The position numbers were made by a program, and so were the translations under genes. This document shows positions 18,855-29,100 of a stretch of 64,000 nt of DNA, piece by piece. The notes beneath the pieces were generated by a model. It did no database searches, was not told the origin of the DNA, and saw nothing but the letters and a program-made list of their open reading frames with translations. Each line of letters starts with the position of its first letter. Position 1 is the first letter of the stretch. The DNA comes from an uncultured virus (IMG/VR IMGVR_UViG_3300005142_000031) (taxonomy: Duplodnaviria; Heunggongvirae; Uroviricota; Caudoviricetes): the IMG/VR virus record IMGVR_UViG_3300005142_000031. One strand, given 5' to 3'.

Positions 18855-19772
18855 TCAGGCGACCCGGCCCGACGTGCTGCCGGTGACATGCCAGGTCGCG
18901 AAGGCATTGTTGATCACGTAGAAGCCGCCGGCCCCACCGGCGCCCGGGCTGGTCCTGAGTTGGCTGCCCCAGTTGTAGAAGCAATCCCCTTGCGAGCCGC
19001 CATGGCCGGTATGACCATAATAACCACCATTGCCGCCGGCGCCGGTGTACACCGTCACCGAGCCGCTGCCCTCAGAACAGTTGCAGCTCGATACGTGGCC
19101 CTGGGCGCCACCCCCTCCACCGGCTCCGCTCTGGGCACCCGCGCCGATCCCACCGGATGGTCCATTCGCGCCCCAGGTCTCCGGACCGCGCCGGCAGGTG
19201 TCAGTGCCGTCCTGGGGAAAACAACCACCCTGCCAGCCGTAGAAGTAACCGCAGCCGGCGCCACCACCTCCACCACCACCGCCGGACCAGATGGCACCGT
19301 AATTCCAGATCTGCACCGGATAGTTCAGGTACAGCGCGTTACCGCCGACATTGCCGTTGCCCGCGGCGCTGTCGAACGGCCCGGCGCCGTTGCCACCGGA
19401 ACCGCCATAGCCCAGAATGTAGCCATAGTTGTACAGGCGAACGACCGTATTGGCCGGGAAGTCGTCGATGTACAGGCCATAGTAGCCCGGGCTGCTGGCA
19501 CGCAGCCGGGCCGAGCTGTCCAGGGTTACATCGAAATCGGTGGGGGTCACCCCGTCCCAGTCGGTGTAAGTCTGCAGGTAGCTCTTCAGGTTCAGGTTCT
19601 GATGCTCGCCCGAGATGGTCACCGCATAGTCGCGCGAGAACGCCGTGCGCCACTGCCCGCCGGTGCGGACATAGGTCTGCCGGACCCGTCGCCAGGACTC
19701 CGCCACCTTGACCCAGGTGTCGTCGATCTCGCGCCAGGTACCAGCGATCCTGACATACGTCTTCGCGACCAT
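18855..19772 (-). CDS. Glycine-rich tail fibre tip / adhesin (gp38-like)
   Basis: YVRIAGTWR repeats, then NYGYILGYGGSGG, GGNAL, NYGAIWSGGGGGGG polyglycine motifs. Confidence 0.8.
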   Translation of the reverse strand: MVAKTYVRIAGTWREIDDTWVKVAESWRRVRQTYVRTGGQWRTAFSRDYAVTISGEHQNLNLKSYLQTYTDWDGVTPTDFDVTLDSSARLRASSPGYYGLYIDDFPANTVVRLYNYGYILGYGGSGGNGAGPFDSAAGNGNVGGNALYLNYPVQIWNYGAIWSGGGGGGGGAGCGYFYGWQGGCFPQDGTDTCRRGPETWGANGPSGGIGAGAQSGAGGGGGAQGHVSSCNCSEGSGSVTVYTGAGGNGGYYGHTGHGGSQGDCFYNWGSQLRTSPGAGGAGGFYVINNAFATWHVTGSTSGRVA

Positions 19773-19781
19773 GACGCCCCC

Positions 19782-20294
19782 TCAGAGGTACTGCAGCCAG
19801 ACGTCGCCGTCCTCGCCGCCGCTCGGCGCGTTGGAGGAGATCGTGACGTTGCGGTCGGCCATCGAGCCGATGTTGTCGGCGGTGATCTGACCGTTGACCC
19901 CGACATTGCCGTGGAAGTAGGCGATGCCAGCACCGGCGGAGCCGCCGACCCCGAGCCGGCCGTTGGCGTCGTAGGCCAGCACATTGCGGGCATCGGTGCC
20001 GACGTCGCGAGCCGCGGCGGTGCCGAGCTGGGCCCCGTTGGAGAACGGCACGCAGACATTGGTCGTGGTGTCGATCTGGAACAGCGTGATGTCCTCGGTG
20101 CCGTCGAACAGCTTGAGCAGCCAGACCGTGCCACCCGAAGTGTCCAGCCACATCGTGCCGGCCTTGACATAGGCCGGCCGGCTCGACCCCGAGTTCGTGG
20201 TGTCGCGTGCATTGCGAAACGAGTTGAGGTGGTTGGCCAGGTCGACGCCGGTGGTCTGCGTCGGGTCCATCGTCCCCCAATCATACTGGGCCAT
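19782..20294 (-). CDS. Short tail fibre protein
   Basis: NSGSSRP..AGTMWLDTS, LGTAAARDVGT, SSNAPSGGEDGDVWLQY fibre motifs. Confidence 0.75.
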   Translation of the reverse strand: MAQYDWGTMDPTQTTGVDLANHLNSFRNARDTTNSGSSRPAYVKAGTMWLDTSGGTVWLLKLFDGTEDITLFQIDTTTNVCVPFSNGAQLGTAAARDVGTDARNVLAYDANGRLGVGGSAGAGIAYFHGNVGVNGQITADNIGSMADRNVTISSNAPSGGEDGDVWLQYL

Positions 20295-23200
20295 CAGACC
20301 TTCTCCTCTCCGTAACCCTTGGCAATCCAGTCGAACGTGCGGGAGATGCTCGACCCGCCACTGTCGAAAAACTCCACGGTGAAGCCGGTTCGGCCGGCGC
20401 CGGTCAGCGTGAAGTAGTCCCCGGTCGCCATATCCTGCCCGGTGACGGCGATCGCAGGCTTGTTCTTGAAGGCCGGGCTGAAGGTGATCGTGGTGCCGCC
20501 GATCTGCGAGGTGACGTCGTCCTGACCGAGCACCCGGTCGGGCATGTCGACCTGCACCGACAGCTCGGAGATCGACGGGGTCACTGTTACCGCCAGGCTG
20601 GTCAGCACCACCCGGAACTCGAAGGCGCGGGCCTCGTAGTCCGACACGGTCACCACGTTCCAGTCCGTCCAGGTCGGCGTGCCGGCCGGATCGTCCTGAG
20701 TGGTGCGGACCTGGACATCCACGTCCCATTGCGAGCTATCACCGCCGGCCAGCTTCTCGAGGTCGACCAGGGTCGACCAGCTGTCCATGGTGTTGGTGAC
20801 GTCCTTGCCGGCCGCCAGCATCGAGAGACCGAGCCGGCACTTGTAGACCTGCCCAAGATCGGCCGAGGCGGCGAAGGCGTAGGTGCCGCCGGACGGATAG
20901 TCGCCATCGGCGTCCGGATCGAGCTCGATCGCATTGTTGAGCAGCCGGGTCCCGTCGTGCGTGCCGCCCCAGCTGATATGCTCGTCGACGTTCTCGACCA
21001 CGTTCAGCGAGAACACGCCGGCATTGCGTACCACGATCGCCGTGGCGTTGACACTGGCAGTGCCCGAGCGGTCGACCGCCTTGATCAGATAGGTGCCGGT
21101 GCGTGCCGGCACGTTGATCTGGGACAGATCGCGCGGCACCTTGTTAATCAACACCACCGCGTTCTCCCAGCTGGCGTTGATCAGCTGAGGCGTGTGTCGG
21201 ATGCGGTAGAACTCGACGTCGAGGTCGGGCACCGGGTCCCAGGTCAGGAACGCCTGGTCGCCGACGATCTGGATGTCGAAGTCGTCGACGTCGCTGGGCG
21301 GCGCCGCCTCGCCGACCATGTTGTGGACATGCGTGGTCCAGTCCGACTGACCAGCGAAGGTGGCCAGCGAGCGCACCCGGAACTCCCAGACGCCGAGCAC
21401 GGTGTCACCGAGATCGACAGTCAGGGTCTGAGTCGGTGGCCCCCAGCTGGTCCAGCTGCCGCCCGGGCGCTTGACCTCGATCTCGAAGAAGGTCACGCGG
21501 GGGTCGTTCGGCTTGCTCCAGCTCAGGAAGGCCGCGGTCTTCAGCGTGGTGCCTGAGGCGTAGATGTACTCGCGCACTTCCAGGTCGATCGGCTTGAGCA
21601 GGGGCCCGGTCGGGAACGTCGAATAGCTCGCCGGCGGCAGGCGCCGGTCGAAGTAGATCCGCTCGTACTTGTTCGGGTCGTGAAAGGCGCCATTGATCTC
21701 GACCTGGCCCCGCTCGGTCTCGCGCACCGAGATCACCCGGAACTGGCGCGGCTCGACATTGGAGCCCGACAGCACCCACATCGCGCCCGGGTGCGGCGTG
21801 GTCGAGAACGGGTCGTTGAACCGCAGCACGTTGATCACGCCGGCGCCGTTGTATATCTCGCGGCTCTCCACCGTGTCATCGGGCAGCACCACCGACAGCT
21901 CGTAGGCCTCGGAGACGTCGAGCTCGACCTCCTGGTCGATGGTGACGCTCTCGTCATCGGCGGCGATGATCCGGCCGCCATAGCGCACCCCGGCATAGGA
22001 CGGGTCGGCGATGGCGATGATGTCGCCGGGCACCACGTCGACGTGGTCCCAGCTCGCCCGGTAGGTCACGGCGTCCGGGGCATACTTCTCGTTGTCGAGA
22101 ATCCACCGGCCTTTGTAATGGGCCTCCGCCCGGTTGTTGCAACCAAGTGCAACCACCTTCAGGGGCTTGTAGCCGCGCTTCTCGATCAGCTCGACGTCCT
22201 CGACCACCTCGATCGCCGGCTCGCCCAGCTGCTCCGGGTCCTGCCACTGGACCAGCACCACCGAGTGCCGCGCCCGCAGTCCGACACCCTGGTAGTCGAA
22301 CTTGCCGTCGATCACGTTGGCCGGGGTGACCAGCTTGACCGGCTCGCCGGGCTTGTCCTGGCTGAACACCACCTGGTTCGAGCCGTAGTGCAGCATGGCG
22401 TTGAAGGTCGAAGCGACCGACTGGACGATGTGGTAGGCCTCTTCCTCCGAGCGGATCACCCCGTTGAATGTGTGACGCGGGCGCTGACCGCCCTGCCCGT
22501 CCGGCACCAGCTCGTCGCAATACTGGGCAATCTCGTACATCGTCCACTTGTCGACCGTCAGCCCCGGGGCGTACTGGGCCATGCCGTAGCGGTCGTTGAG
22601 CACCAGGTCGTAGGCCACCCAGGCGGCATTGTCGGTCACCGCCAGCTTGAAGGTGCCATCCCAGATGCCGCTGTAGCTGCGGGTCTCCGGGTCGTAGTTC
22701 GACGGCACCTGGATCTCAAGCGCCTCCAGCTCATAGGTGCGCTTCGGGATGGTGCCGCCGAACTTCTCGGCGTCGACCTCGAGCCCGACCAGGGCGCAGT
22801 CGGGGTAGATCAACTTGTGCTCGTAGAGCTCCGTGTAACGCGAGACGTAGGTCTCGTTGTTCAGCTTGGCGCTGTCGGAATCGGGGGTCACCCGGATCAC
22901 CCGGATGTCCCAGGGCGCGCCGAAGGTCTGCGGCAGGCTGATGCGGTAGCTGCGCTCATAGGGTGACACCGTCTTGCCGGCGATGGTGTCGTCGACCTTG
23001 GTCAGGTAGACGCTGCCGCTCTCGCGCACATCGATCTTGATCCGAACCTCGGTCTCGACGATGTCGCCGGTGTCATCAACCGCCCGCATCAGCGACGGGA
23101 TGCGCACGGTGACCCGCACCGCGTCTGCGTCGTCGTCGGTGATCGAGAATACGAACGGCGCGGCCTGGGTGACCTGGACACCGACCGGCTTGTCGATCTC

Positions 23201-23482
23201 GACCCGCGAGAACCCCGGCATGTAATCCTGATCCGGTGTGCCGACCCGGGTGCTCACGCTGACCCCGTCGAAATTGTACGTGCCGTTGTCGTTCTGCAGC
23301 TGGGTGCCGTTTAGGAAGATCGACCGGTGGCCGTGCTTCAGGCCGCGGATCGGTCCCTCGCTGATCAGGTCGATCGAGCGGGCGGTCGAGCGCGAGCGCA
23401 GGCTGTTCGGTGCCTCGTAGGGCTGACTGGCCCCGCCGCCCTTGCCGCCCTTGCGACCGATGATCCGGGTCTGGTGGGTCAC
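20294..23482 (-). CDS. Tip attachment / central tail fibre protein J
   Basis: GRKGGKGGG..PYEAPNSLRS, DLISEGPIRGL, YSGIWDGTFK, FN3-like repeats; lambda gpJ layout. Confidence 0.93.
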   Translation of the reverse strand: MTHQTRIIGRKGGKGGGASQPYEAPNSLRSRSTARSIDLISEGPIRGLKHGHRSIFLNGTQLQNDNGTYNFDGVSVSTRVGTPDQDYMPGFSRVEIDKPVGVQVTQAAPFVFSITDDDADAVRVTVRIPSLMRAVDDTGDIVETEVRIKIDVRESGSVYLTKVDDTIAGKTVSPYERSYRISLPQTFGAPWDIRVIRVTPDSDSAKLNNETYVSRYTELYEHKLIYPDCALVGLEVDAEKFGGTIPKRTYELEALEIQVPSNYDPETRSYSGIWDGTFKLAVTDNAAWVAYDLVLNDRYGMAQYAPGLTVDKWTMYEIAQYCDELVPDGQGGQRPRHTFNGVIRSEEEAYHIVQSVASTFNAMLHYGSNQVVFSQDKPGEPVKLVTPANVIDGKFDYQGVGLRARHSVVLVQWQDPEQLGEPAIEVVEDVELIEKRGYKPLKVVALGCNNRAEAHYKGRWILDNEKYAPDAVTYRASWDHVDVVPGDIIAIADPSYAGVRYGGRIIAADDESVTIDQEVELDVSEAYELSVVLPDDTVESREIYNGAGVINVLRFNDPFSTTPHPGAMWVLSGSNVEPRQFRVISVRETERGQVEINGAFHDPNKYERIYFDRRLPPASYSTFPTGPLLKPIDLEVREYIYASGTTLKTAAFLSWSKPNDPRVTFFEIEVKRPGGSWTSWGPPTQTLTVDLGDTVLGVWEFRVRSLATFAGQSDWTTHVHNMVGEAAPPSDVDDFDIQIVGDQAFLTWDPVPDLDVEFYRIRHTPQLINASWENAVVLINKVPRDLSQINVPARTGTYLIKAVDRSGTASVNATAIVVRNAGVFSLNVVENVDEHISWGGTHDGTRLLNNAIELDPDADGDYPSGGTYAFAASADLGQVYKCRLGLSMLAAGKDVTNTMDSWSTLVDLEKLAGGDSSQWDVDVQVRTTQDDPAGTPTWTDWNVVTVSDYEARAFEFRVVLTSLAVTVTPSISELSVQVDMPDRVLGQDDVTSQIGGTTITFSPAFKNKPAIAVTGQDMATGDYFTLTGAGRTGFTVEFFDSGGSSISRTFDWIAKGYGEEKV
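22138..22151. repeat. Dispersed palindrome, 2-mismatch variant (in gpJ)
   Basis: TGCAACCAAGTGCA with a run of rare codons (GTT GCA CTT GGT); fills the gap between 17600 and 24684. Confidence 0.5.
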
Positions 23483-24150
23483 GCCGAATACTCCTCGGTC
23501 GTGATGCCGGCGGAGATGGTCACCGAGCCGACGAACACCCGCTTGCCGTAGGCGATCGGCACGATGCCGCCCTCGCTGCCGACATTGTCCGGAGACGAGA
23601 ACAGGAAGCTCTGGCGCTCCTCGGGCCGCTCCAGGCTGCGAACGGTCGGGGTCGGGGCCAGAAGCTGCGAGAAGCCCTGCAGCGCCATGGAGGCGCCCAT
23701 CAGCGCGATTTGGCCATAGCTGATCGAGAGGCCGCCGATCTGGAACGCGGTCGCCCCCAGACCCGAGGCCGCAGCATTGGTCGCCGCCCCAACCGAGCCC
23801 ACCGCCGAGGCGCCAGCCGCCGCGGGTGCAAACACGAAGGCGGCCCCGATCATCGCCACGCCCAGGATCACCTTGCCCAGACCACCCCGCTTGTGCCCCT
23901 CGGGCACCGGGATAATGTGCAAAGCCGGCTGGCGACCCATGCGGAAGGACAGCTCGTCGATCCCGACGTCGAAGCCGTCGTCCGGGTCACCGATCACCAC
24001 CCGGTACGAACCCTCGCGCAGGGCGTCGATGAAGCCTGGCAGCTGCGAGCGGAACGCCCGGACCGCCTCGATCGGCGTGTCCAGGTCGAAGCGGTAGGGG
24101 CCTCCGAACCGCTCGTGCAGATGGCCGTGCAGATGGACGTCCCGCATCAT
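23479..24150 (-). CDS. Tail assembly protein I
   Basis: VHLHGHL..FG, EAVRAF, HIIPV..G, SFLFS..N..GGIVPIAYG. Confidence 0.9.
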   Translation of the reverse strand: MMRDVHLHGHLHERFGGPYRFDLDTPIEAVRAFRSQLPGFIDALREGSYRVVIGDPDDGFDVGIDELSFRMGRQPALHIIPVPEGHKRGGLGKVILGVAMIGAAFVFAPAAAGASAVGSVGAATNAAASGLGATAFQIGGLSISYGQIALMGASMALQGFSQLLAPTPTVRSLERPEERQSFLFSSPDNVGSEGGIVPIAYGKRVFVGSVTISAGITTEEYSA

Positions 24151-24842
24151 GGCGCGTACCTCACTGCAATCCTTGCGTAGCGCATCCAGCGATAGATCGG
24201 CTCGCGCACCGACAGGCGATTGTACAGGTGGTGGATGATCGTGCCATCCCCGAGATAGACGCCGGCGTGGTTCGGCACCTTCGACGCCACCTGGAAGATC
24301 ACCACGTCGCCCGTCTCGAGCCCGGCCATGTCGACCGGCTCGAATCCGGCCTTGCGGAAGTTCTCCAGGTACAGGTTGCCGCCTTGATGCCACCATTCGT
24401 CGTCTCGGGGAAAGTCGCGCAGCACGACCTGGCGCTCCTGGCGGTACCAGTCGCGCACCAGGCTGTAGCAGTCCCAGACCCCGTGCAGGAACGATCGGCC
24501 CAACAGCGGGACTGCGGGCACCTGATCACCCCAGAACACCGGCTCCGACACGTCGCTGGCGGTGACGTAGACCAGACCCCAGGGCCTGGCCATGGCGATC
24601 TGCTGGGCCATGTCGGCGGCCGACGGGCTGGCCGGGCCATCGGGGTGACTGTGCACCACCGCCTGCAGCCGGTCGCCGAGCCGTGCAATCAATTGCAAAT
24701 CCATCTCGAAGGCCCGGGTCGGGTCCTCCGCCAGGTTCTGCTGGGGATGATAGACCCCGTCGACCACCACGCCGCAGCTCTCCGCCGGATAGGCCTGCCG
24801 AGCATGCGCCTTGATGGCGTCGATCACCGGTGTGTCGAACAT
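24147..24842 (-). CDS. Tail assembly protein K (JAB/MPN plus NlpC/P60)
   Basis: YPAESCG, VHSHPD..PSAAD, DCYSLVRDWY, PNHAGVYLG..IHH. Confidence 0.93.
   Translation of the reverse strand: MFDTPVIDAIKAHARQAYPAESCGVVVDGVYHPQQNLAEDPTRAFEMDLQLIARLGDRLQAVVHSHPDGPASPSAADMAQQIAMARPWGLVYVTASDVSEPVFWGDQVPAVPLLGRSFLHGVWDCYSLVRDWYRQERQVVLRDFPRDDEWWHQGGNLYLENFRKAGFEPVDMAGLETGDVVIFQVASKVPNHAGVYLGDGTIIHHLYNRLSVREPIYRWMRYARIAVRYAP
24684..24697. repeat. Dispersed palindrome (in gpK)
   Basis: TGCAATCAATTGCA. Confidence 0.95.
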
Positions 24843-26116
24843 CACGATCGCACCCTCCCGACGCCCGGAAACGCCCGCGTCGGCAGCGGCTGCGTTCCGA
24901 ACCTGGCCTGACAGTGATCGAGCCGCTTGCCGCAGCGGTCCTGGCTTAGGTCGGCCACGGCATTGCCGTTCTCGTCGAAATAGGCGGCGCCGACATAGGG
25001 GCAGGTTGCCTTGCTGTAGTCGAACGCTCCGCTGTCGGCGTCCCAGCGCCGGTAGCGGTGCAGGCAGACTTCGCGCAGGATCGGCCGGCCCAGCGTGCGG
25101 TTGGCCTGGTCGGCCAAAGCTGCCAGCTCGAGCTCGACGAACACCTTGTTGGCCGTCACCTTGCGCTCGACCTCGAACACGTCCGGCGTGAAGTGGGCGT
25201 TCGGGTCGGCCGAGGGCTGGTCGTCGAGGAACCGCCGGAACGTCCGGATGCGGGTCACCGTGGCGCCAATCAGGTCGTCGTAGGATACCAGAGCCGCCGA
25301 CAGCACCTTCTTGACGTTGGACAGGCGCACGGTCGGCCTGGGTAGGGCCCCCTTGCCCGACCACTCGAAGCCGCGGACCTCGATGTCGATCGGGTCGTAC
25401 TTCTGACCGTCGTAGTACACCGGGCTCTTCGAGAATGTGGTCGGGGTGAAGTAGTACACCTCGCCGCCCAGCGCCGTGGCGTCGAGCTGGAACAGCCAGA
25501 TGGGAGGGCTGGGCGTAAGCCTCTGCTTCTCCTCGGCGATCGAGGAGGTGCGGCTGACCTGGATCGCGATGCCGCTGATCGCGGACAGGCTGACACTGCT
25601 CTCGCCGGCGACACCCTGGGTCGCCACCACCGCGATCGAACCGGTTGCACTGACCGTCTGGACGGCAATCTGCAGACCGGTGCGCGCGACCGAGACGTCG
25701 ATCCCGCCCTTGGCGGTGACGCTGACCGAGTGCTGGCCGGCGCCGGTCGAGGCCGCCTCGACGACCCGGACCGCCCCCTCCCCTTCGACCTGGACGCTGA
25801 CGCCGGCCGACTTCGATGCCGAAGCGCCGACGTCAGCCGCGGGAGGGTTTATGATGGCTGCCGCCAAGCCCCCCTTGCTGGCGGCGACGCTGATCGCCCC
25901 GGTAGCACTGACGAAGGCGGCCCGGCCGGCCCCGCCGGTGCCCGTCGAGGCGACCGAGATCGACGGCGTCGCGCTGATCGCTATGCTGGCCTGGCGCTGG
26001 AACGACGCCTCGACCGAGATCGTGCCGGTGGCCGACACCGACGACGCGGCGACCTGCCGGTTGACCGAGCCCTTGAGCGCCCAGAGCGCGCCGACGACGA
26101 GAAAGCGGTTTGCCAT
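24842..26116 (-). CDS. Minor tail protein L with ~190-aa repetitive N-terminal extension
   Basis: C-terminal half: LFQLDATALGG, GFEWSG..PRPT, C..YR..CPY..D.CGKRL..C..RFG (Fe-S cysteines). Confidence 0.88.
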   Translation of the reverse strand: MANRFLVVGALWALKGSVNRQVAASSVSATGTISVEASFQRQASIAISATPSISVASTGTGGAGRAAFVSATGAISVAASKGGLAAAIINPPAADVGASASKSAGVSVQVEGEGAVRVVEAASTGAGQHSVSVTAKGGIDVSVARTGLQIAVQTVSATGSIAVVATQGVAGESSVSLSAISGIAIQVSRTSSIAEEKQRLTPSPPIWLFQLDATALGGEVYYFTPTTFSKSPVYYDGQKYDPIDIEVRGFEWSGKGALPRPTVRLSNVKKVLSAALVSYDDLIGATVTRIRTFRRFLDDQPSADPNAHFTPDVFEVERKVTANKVFVELELAALADQANRTLGRPILREVCLHRYRRWDADSGAFDYSKATCPYVGAAYFDENGNAVADLSQDRCGKRLDHCQARFGTQPLPTRAFPGVGRVRS

Positions 26117-26126
26117 GCCGGATCTC

Positions 26127-29100
26127 CTACGTCAGCACCAGGTCCTGGCCGTCCGCGGTCTTGCAGTTGACCAGCGACACGGAGCCGGACGGGCCGAGGA
26201 TGATGTCGCGGCGGTTGGTACCGTCCCAATTTACGTCGATGATGTTCTCCAGGAGATGCCCGTAGTCACCGCCGCGATGGGCGAAGAAGAAGCCGTCGCC
26301 GCCGCAGTTGATCACCTCGCAGTCCTGGATCGTGTACACCCCGCCCGAGTAGGTGTGGACCATGGTGTTCCGCCGCGTCCAATCGCGCGGCAGACTGGTC
26401 TGGAAGTCCTTGAAGGTGCAGCGCTTGATCGTGAACTGGCCGTGCGAAGACAGGATCATCGGGCAGTCGCTCGTGGCGCCGGCAATGAAGTCGCAGTCGG
26501 TAACCATCACCGGGCCGAAACTGTCGCCCCCCTTGAAGGTGATGATGCCGCCTTCGGAACCGTTCACGTCGTCGGTCGAGTTCGCACCGCAGTTCTCGAA
26601 CAGGCAGTTGTCGATCGTGATGTCGTAGCACTTGGCGTAGAGCGCATTGCAGTCGCTGTGATGCGCGCTGTTGGTGCAGTCCTTCACGATGTTGTTGCGG
26701 AAGTACCACCCGGTGACCTGGCGGATGTCAGCGACCACCGAGCCATTAATCTTGTTGTGGCTGTGGGTCGAGGTGATCCGGTAGAACTCGTTATTGTCGA
26801 TGTACACCGCCGGGTTGACGTCGCGTCCCATCGTCCGGTTGGCGTTCATCCAGACGATCGTGCCGACGTGGTTGCCCTTCGAGGTGCCCTGCGGCATGTC
26901 ATGGACATGGTTCTGGTAGAACCGCAGGCTGCCGTGGTAGTAGCCGAGCAGCGCCACGCAGCCCTTGCCGTCGTAAACCTCGTTGCGACCGAAATGCACG
27001 TCGCGGATCGAGTGCGGGCCCTTCAGGGCGCCGACGCAGGTGTCGCAGTCCTCGAACACGCAGTCGAGTACCCGGAGACCGGTGTTGTCGCCGGGCGAGA
27101 CCGGCGTCGACACGTTGCGCGCCGGGCCGACGAAGTAGCTGTAGTTGGTCCGGCTCGACGAGAACTGGTACTCGTTGTCGGTCTCGCCGTCCTCGCTGTA
27201 CACCGTGTCGTCGATGTTGCAGAGCGCGACAGGCCAGTTCTTCCAGTGCAGGTACTGGAACCGCAGGTTGTTGGCATGGAAGTACAGGGCGCCCGAGCCG
27301 CCGGCGTCGAGCACCGGCCGACCGGTGCCAGTGTCGTAGCCGTAGATCGACTGGGTGATCTCGCGCTTGCCCAGCCCCGAGAAGTCCCAGGTGCCCGAGC
27401 CGATCTTGCCGGGCTTGCCCTGGGCTTCCAGGTCGTCGAGCCAGGCCGCGATCGAGCCGTAGTCCCCGGCGTCGAGGGCGCCGGCCGGGATGTCGCTGCC
27501 GTCGGCGGTGTAGAGCGGCTCGGCGTAGCTGGGCGCGCTGGCGATGCCGCGGCCGGTACCGCCCGGGTCGCCGGTGCCGGTGTCGCCCTGGGTCGCGGCC
27601 AACACCGTGCCGATTCCGGTGATCGCGATCGACGCATCGACATGGCGCGCCGGGATCGCCCAACCGAAGGTGCTATCGCCGCTGGGCACCACCCGGTGCG
27701 AGATCGCCGTGGTCGACGACACGTTGTCGAGATGCGCCTTCTCCTCCGACCCCTCGGTCGGATCGATGTCGATCACGTCGCCGACCGAGGCGACCGAGAC
27801 GCCGATCGCCTGGCCGGTCGGGTTGTTCATCGAGATCTCGTGCGCCGCCGCATCGGTGACGAAACTGGCGGCAGTGTCAACCGGCCCGCCCAGCTCTACC
27901 CCGGTCAGCGCCTCGATCCGGTAGCTGACCTCGCGCGGCAGGCCGGTCGACTGCAGCACCACATCGGCGGTCTTGGCGCCCGGGCTCTCGACGTAGAACA
28001 CGGCGGCGTAGTTGTACGACGAGCCGTCCTTGGGGCCGGTCGCCGCCTCGACCGCAACCTCCATGGCGACCCCGTCGAAGGTGACGGTCCATTCCTGGCC
28101 AGCGAACGTATGATCCTCGACGCTGAGCGAGACCAGCAGCACGTCGTGCTCGCTGGTGGTGGTCACCGACTCCGTGATCGTGCCAGTGTCGGCGAGGGTG
28201 CCTTCGGCGAAGAACGTGTCGGCAAAGTCGAGCTGCTTGTCGACTTGTGCAATGATTGCACCGGTCGCGGCGATCGATACCGCGGCCGACCCGTCGTGCC
28301 TGGCGGTGGCGGACAGGGCGCCGGTGCCGGAGATCGTGACGTTCTTGCCCAGGTTGTTGAGCACCCAGCTGACCGCCCGGTCGAACATGATCGTGGCGTT
28401 CGAGGTCCAATCGGACGCGACGGCACCGGCAACGAAGGCGATGCGCGCCGGCTTCACCGTGCCGGCCTCTGCCGCCAGGACACCCCAGTACCCGGACCTG
28501 TTCTTGATCTCGGCCAGCCCGTCGACCCCCGGTGCCAAGGTCTGCATGAACCCCTGGGCCGAGCCGTTGTTGGTGAACTTGACAATCTCGTCCTGCGACC
28601 ACCCCTGCATGATCGGATGCGTTGGGTCGCGCACCACCACGTCCTCGGTCAGCTCGTCGGCCGATAGGCCGAAGCCGGTGACCAGCTCGCTTTCGTCCCA
28701 GGTCGCGCCCTCGGTGGTGACGATCGGCACGCCCTCGGTGAACAGCCACTCGGTGTTCGACGAGTTCGTCGAGGGGACGATCACCAGCAGGTCGTAGTTG
28801 GTCGGGGTCCAGCCGCCGTCACTGTCGTCCTTCACCGTGACAGTGTGCCCCAGGATGGTCTCGAGGCGGTCCTTGACCACCTGATCGCCGGTCGTGAGCC
28901 CACCTGAGTAGCCGACCACCAGGGCTGTGTTGATCGCTACCGCCGGTGCGTCGGTGGTAACCTCTAGAGCGCCCGAGGCGCTGATCGTGCCAACAGACCC
29001 TTCCCGGTCACCGGACGCTGACGCCGCAATGGCCCCGGTGGCGGTGATCGCCGGCAGCGCCGTATTGACCGCGGGCGCGCCGATGTCGGCCGGCCACCAC

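Noticed and set aside
18855..19772. Diversity-generating retroelement acting on the adhesin
   Set aside because: No reverse transcriptase and no template/variable repeat pair was seen.
24165..24177. TGCAATCCTTGCG as a further palindrome copy
   Set aside because: Too degenerate (short spacer plus two mismatches) and only ~0.5 kb from an exact copy.
19782..25364. Long N-terminal extensions in the ORF track for the short fibre, gpI and gpK (also RuvC, DnaB, PolA, GT, BTLCP)
   Set aside because: They overlap upstream genes out of frame; downstream starts with SDs or stop-start coupling fit the families better.
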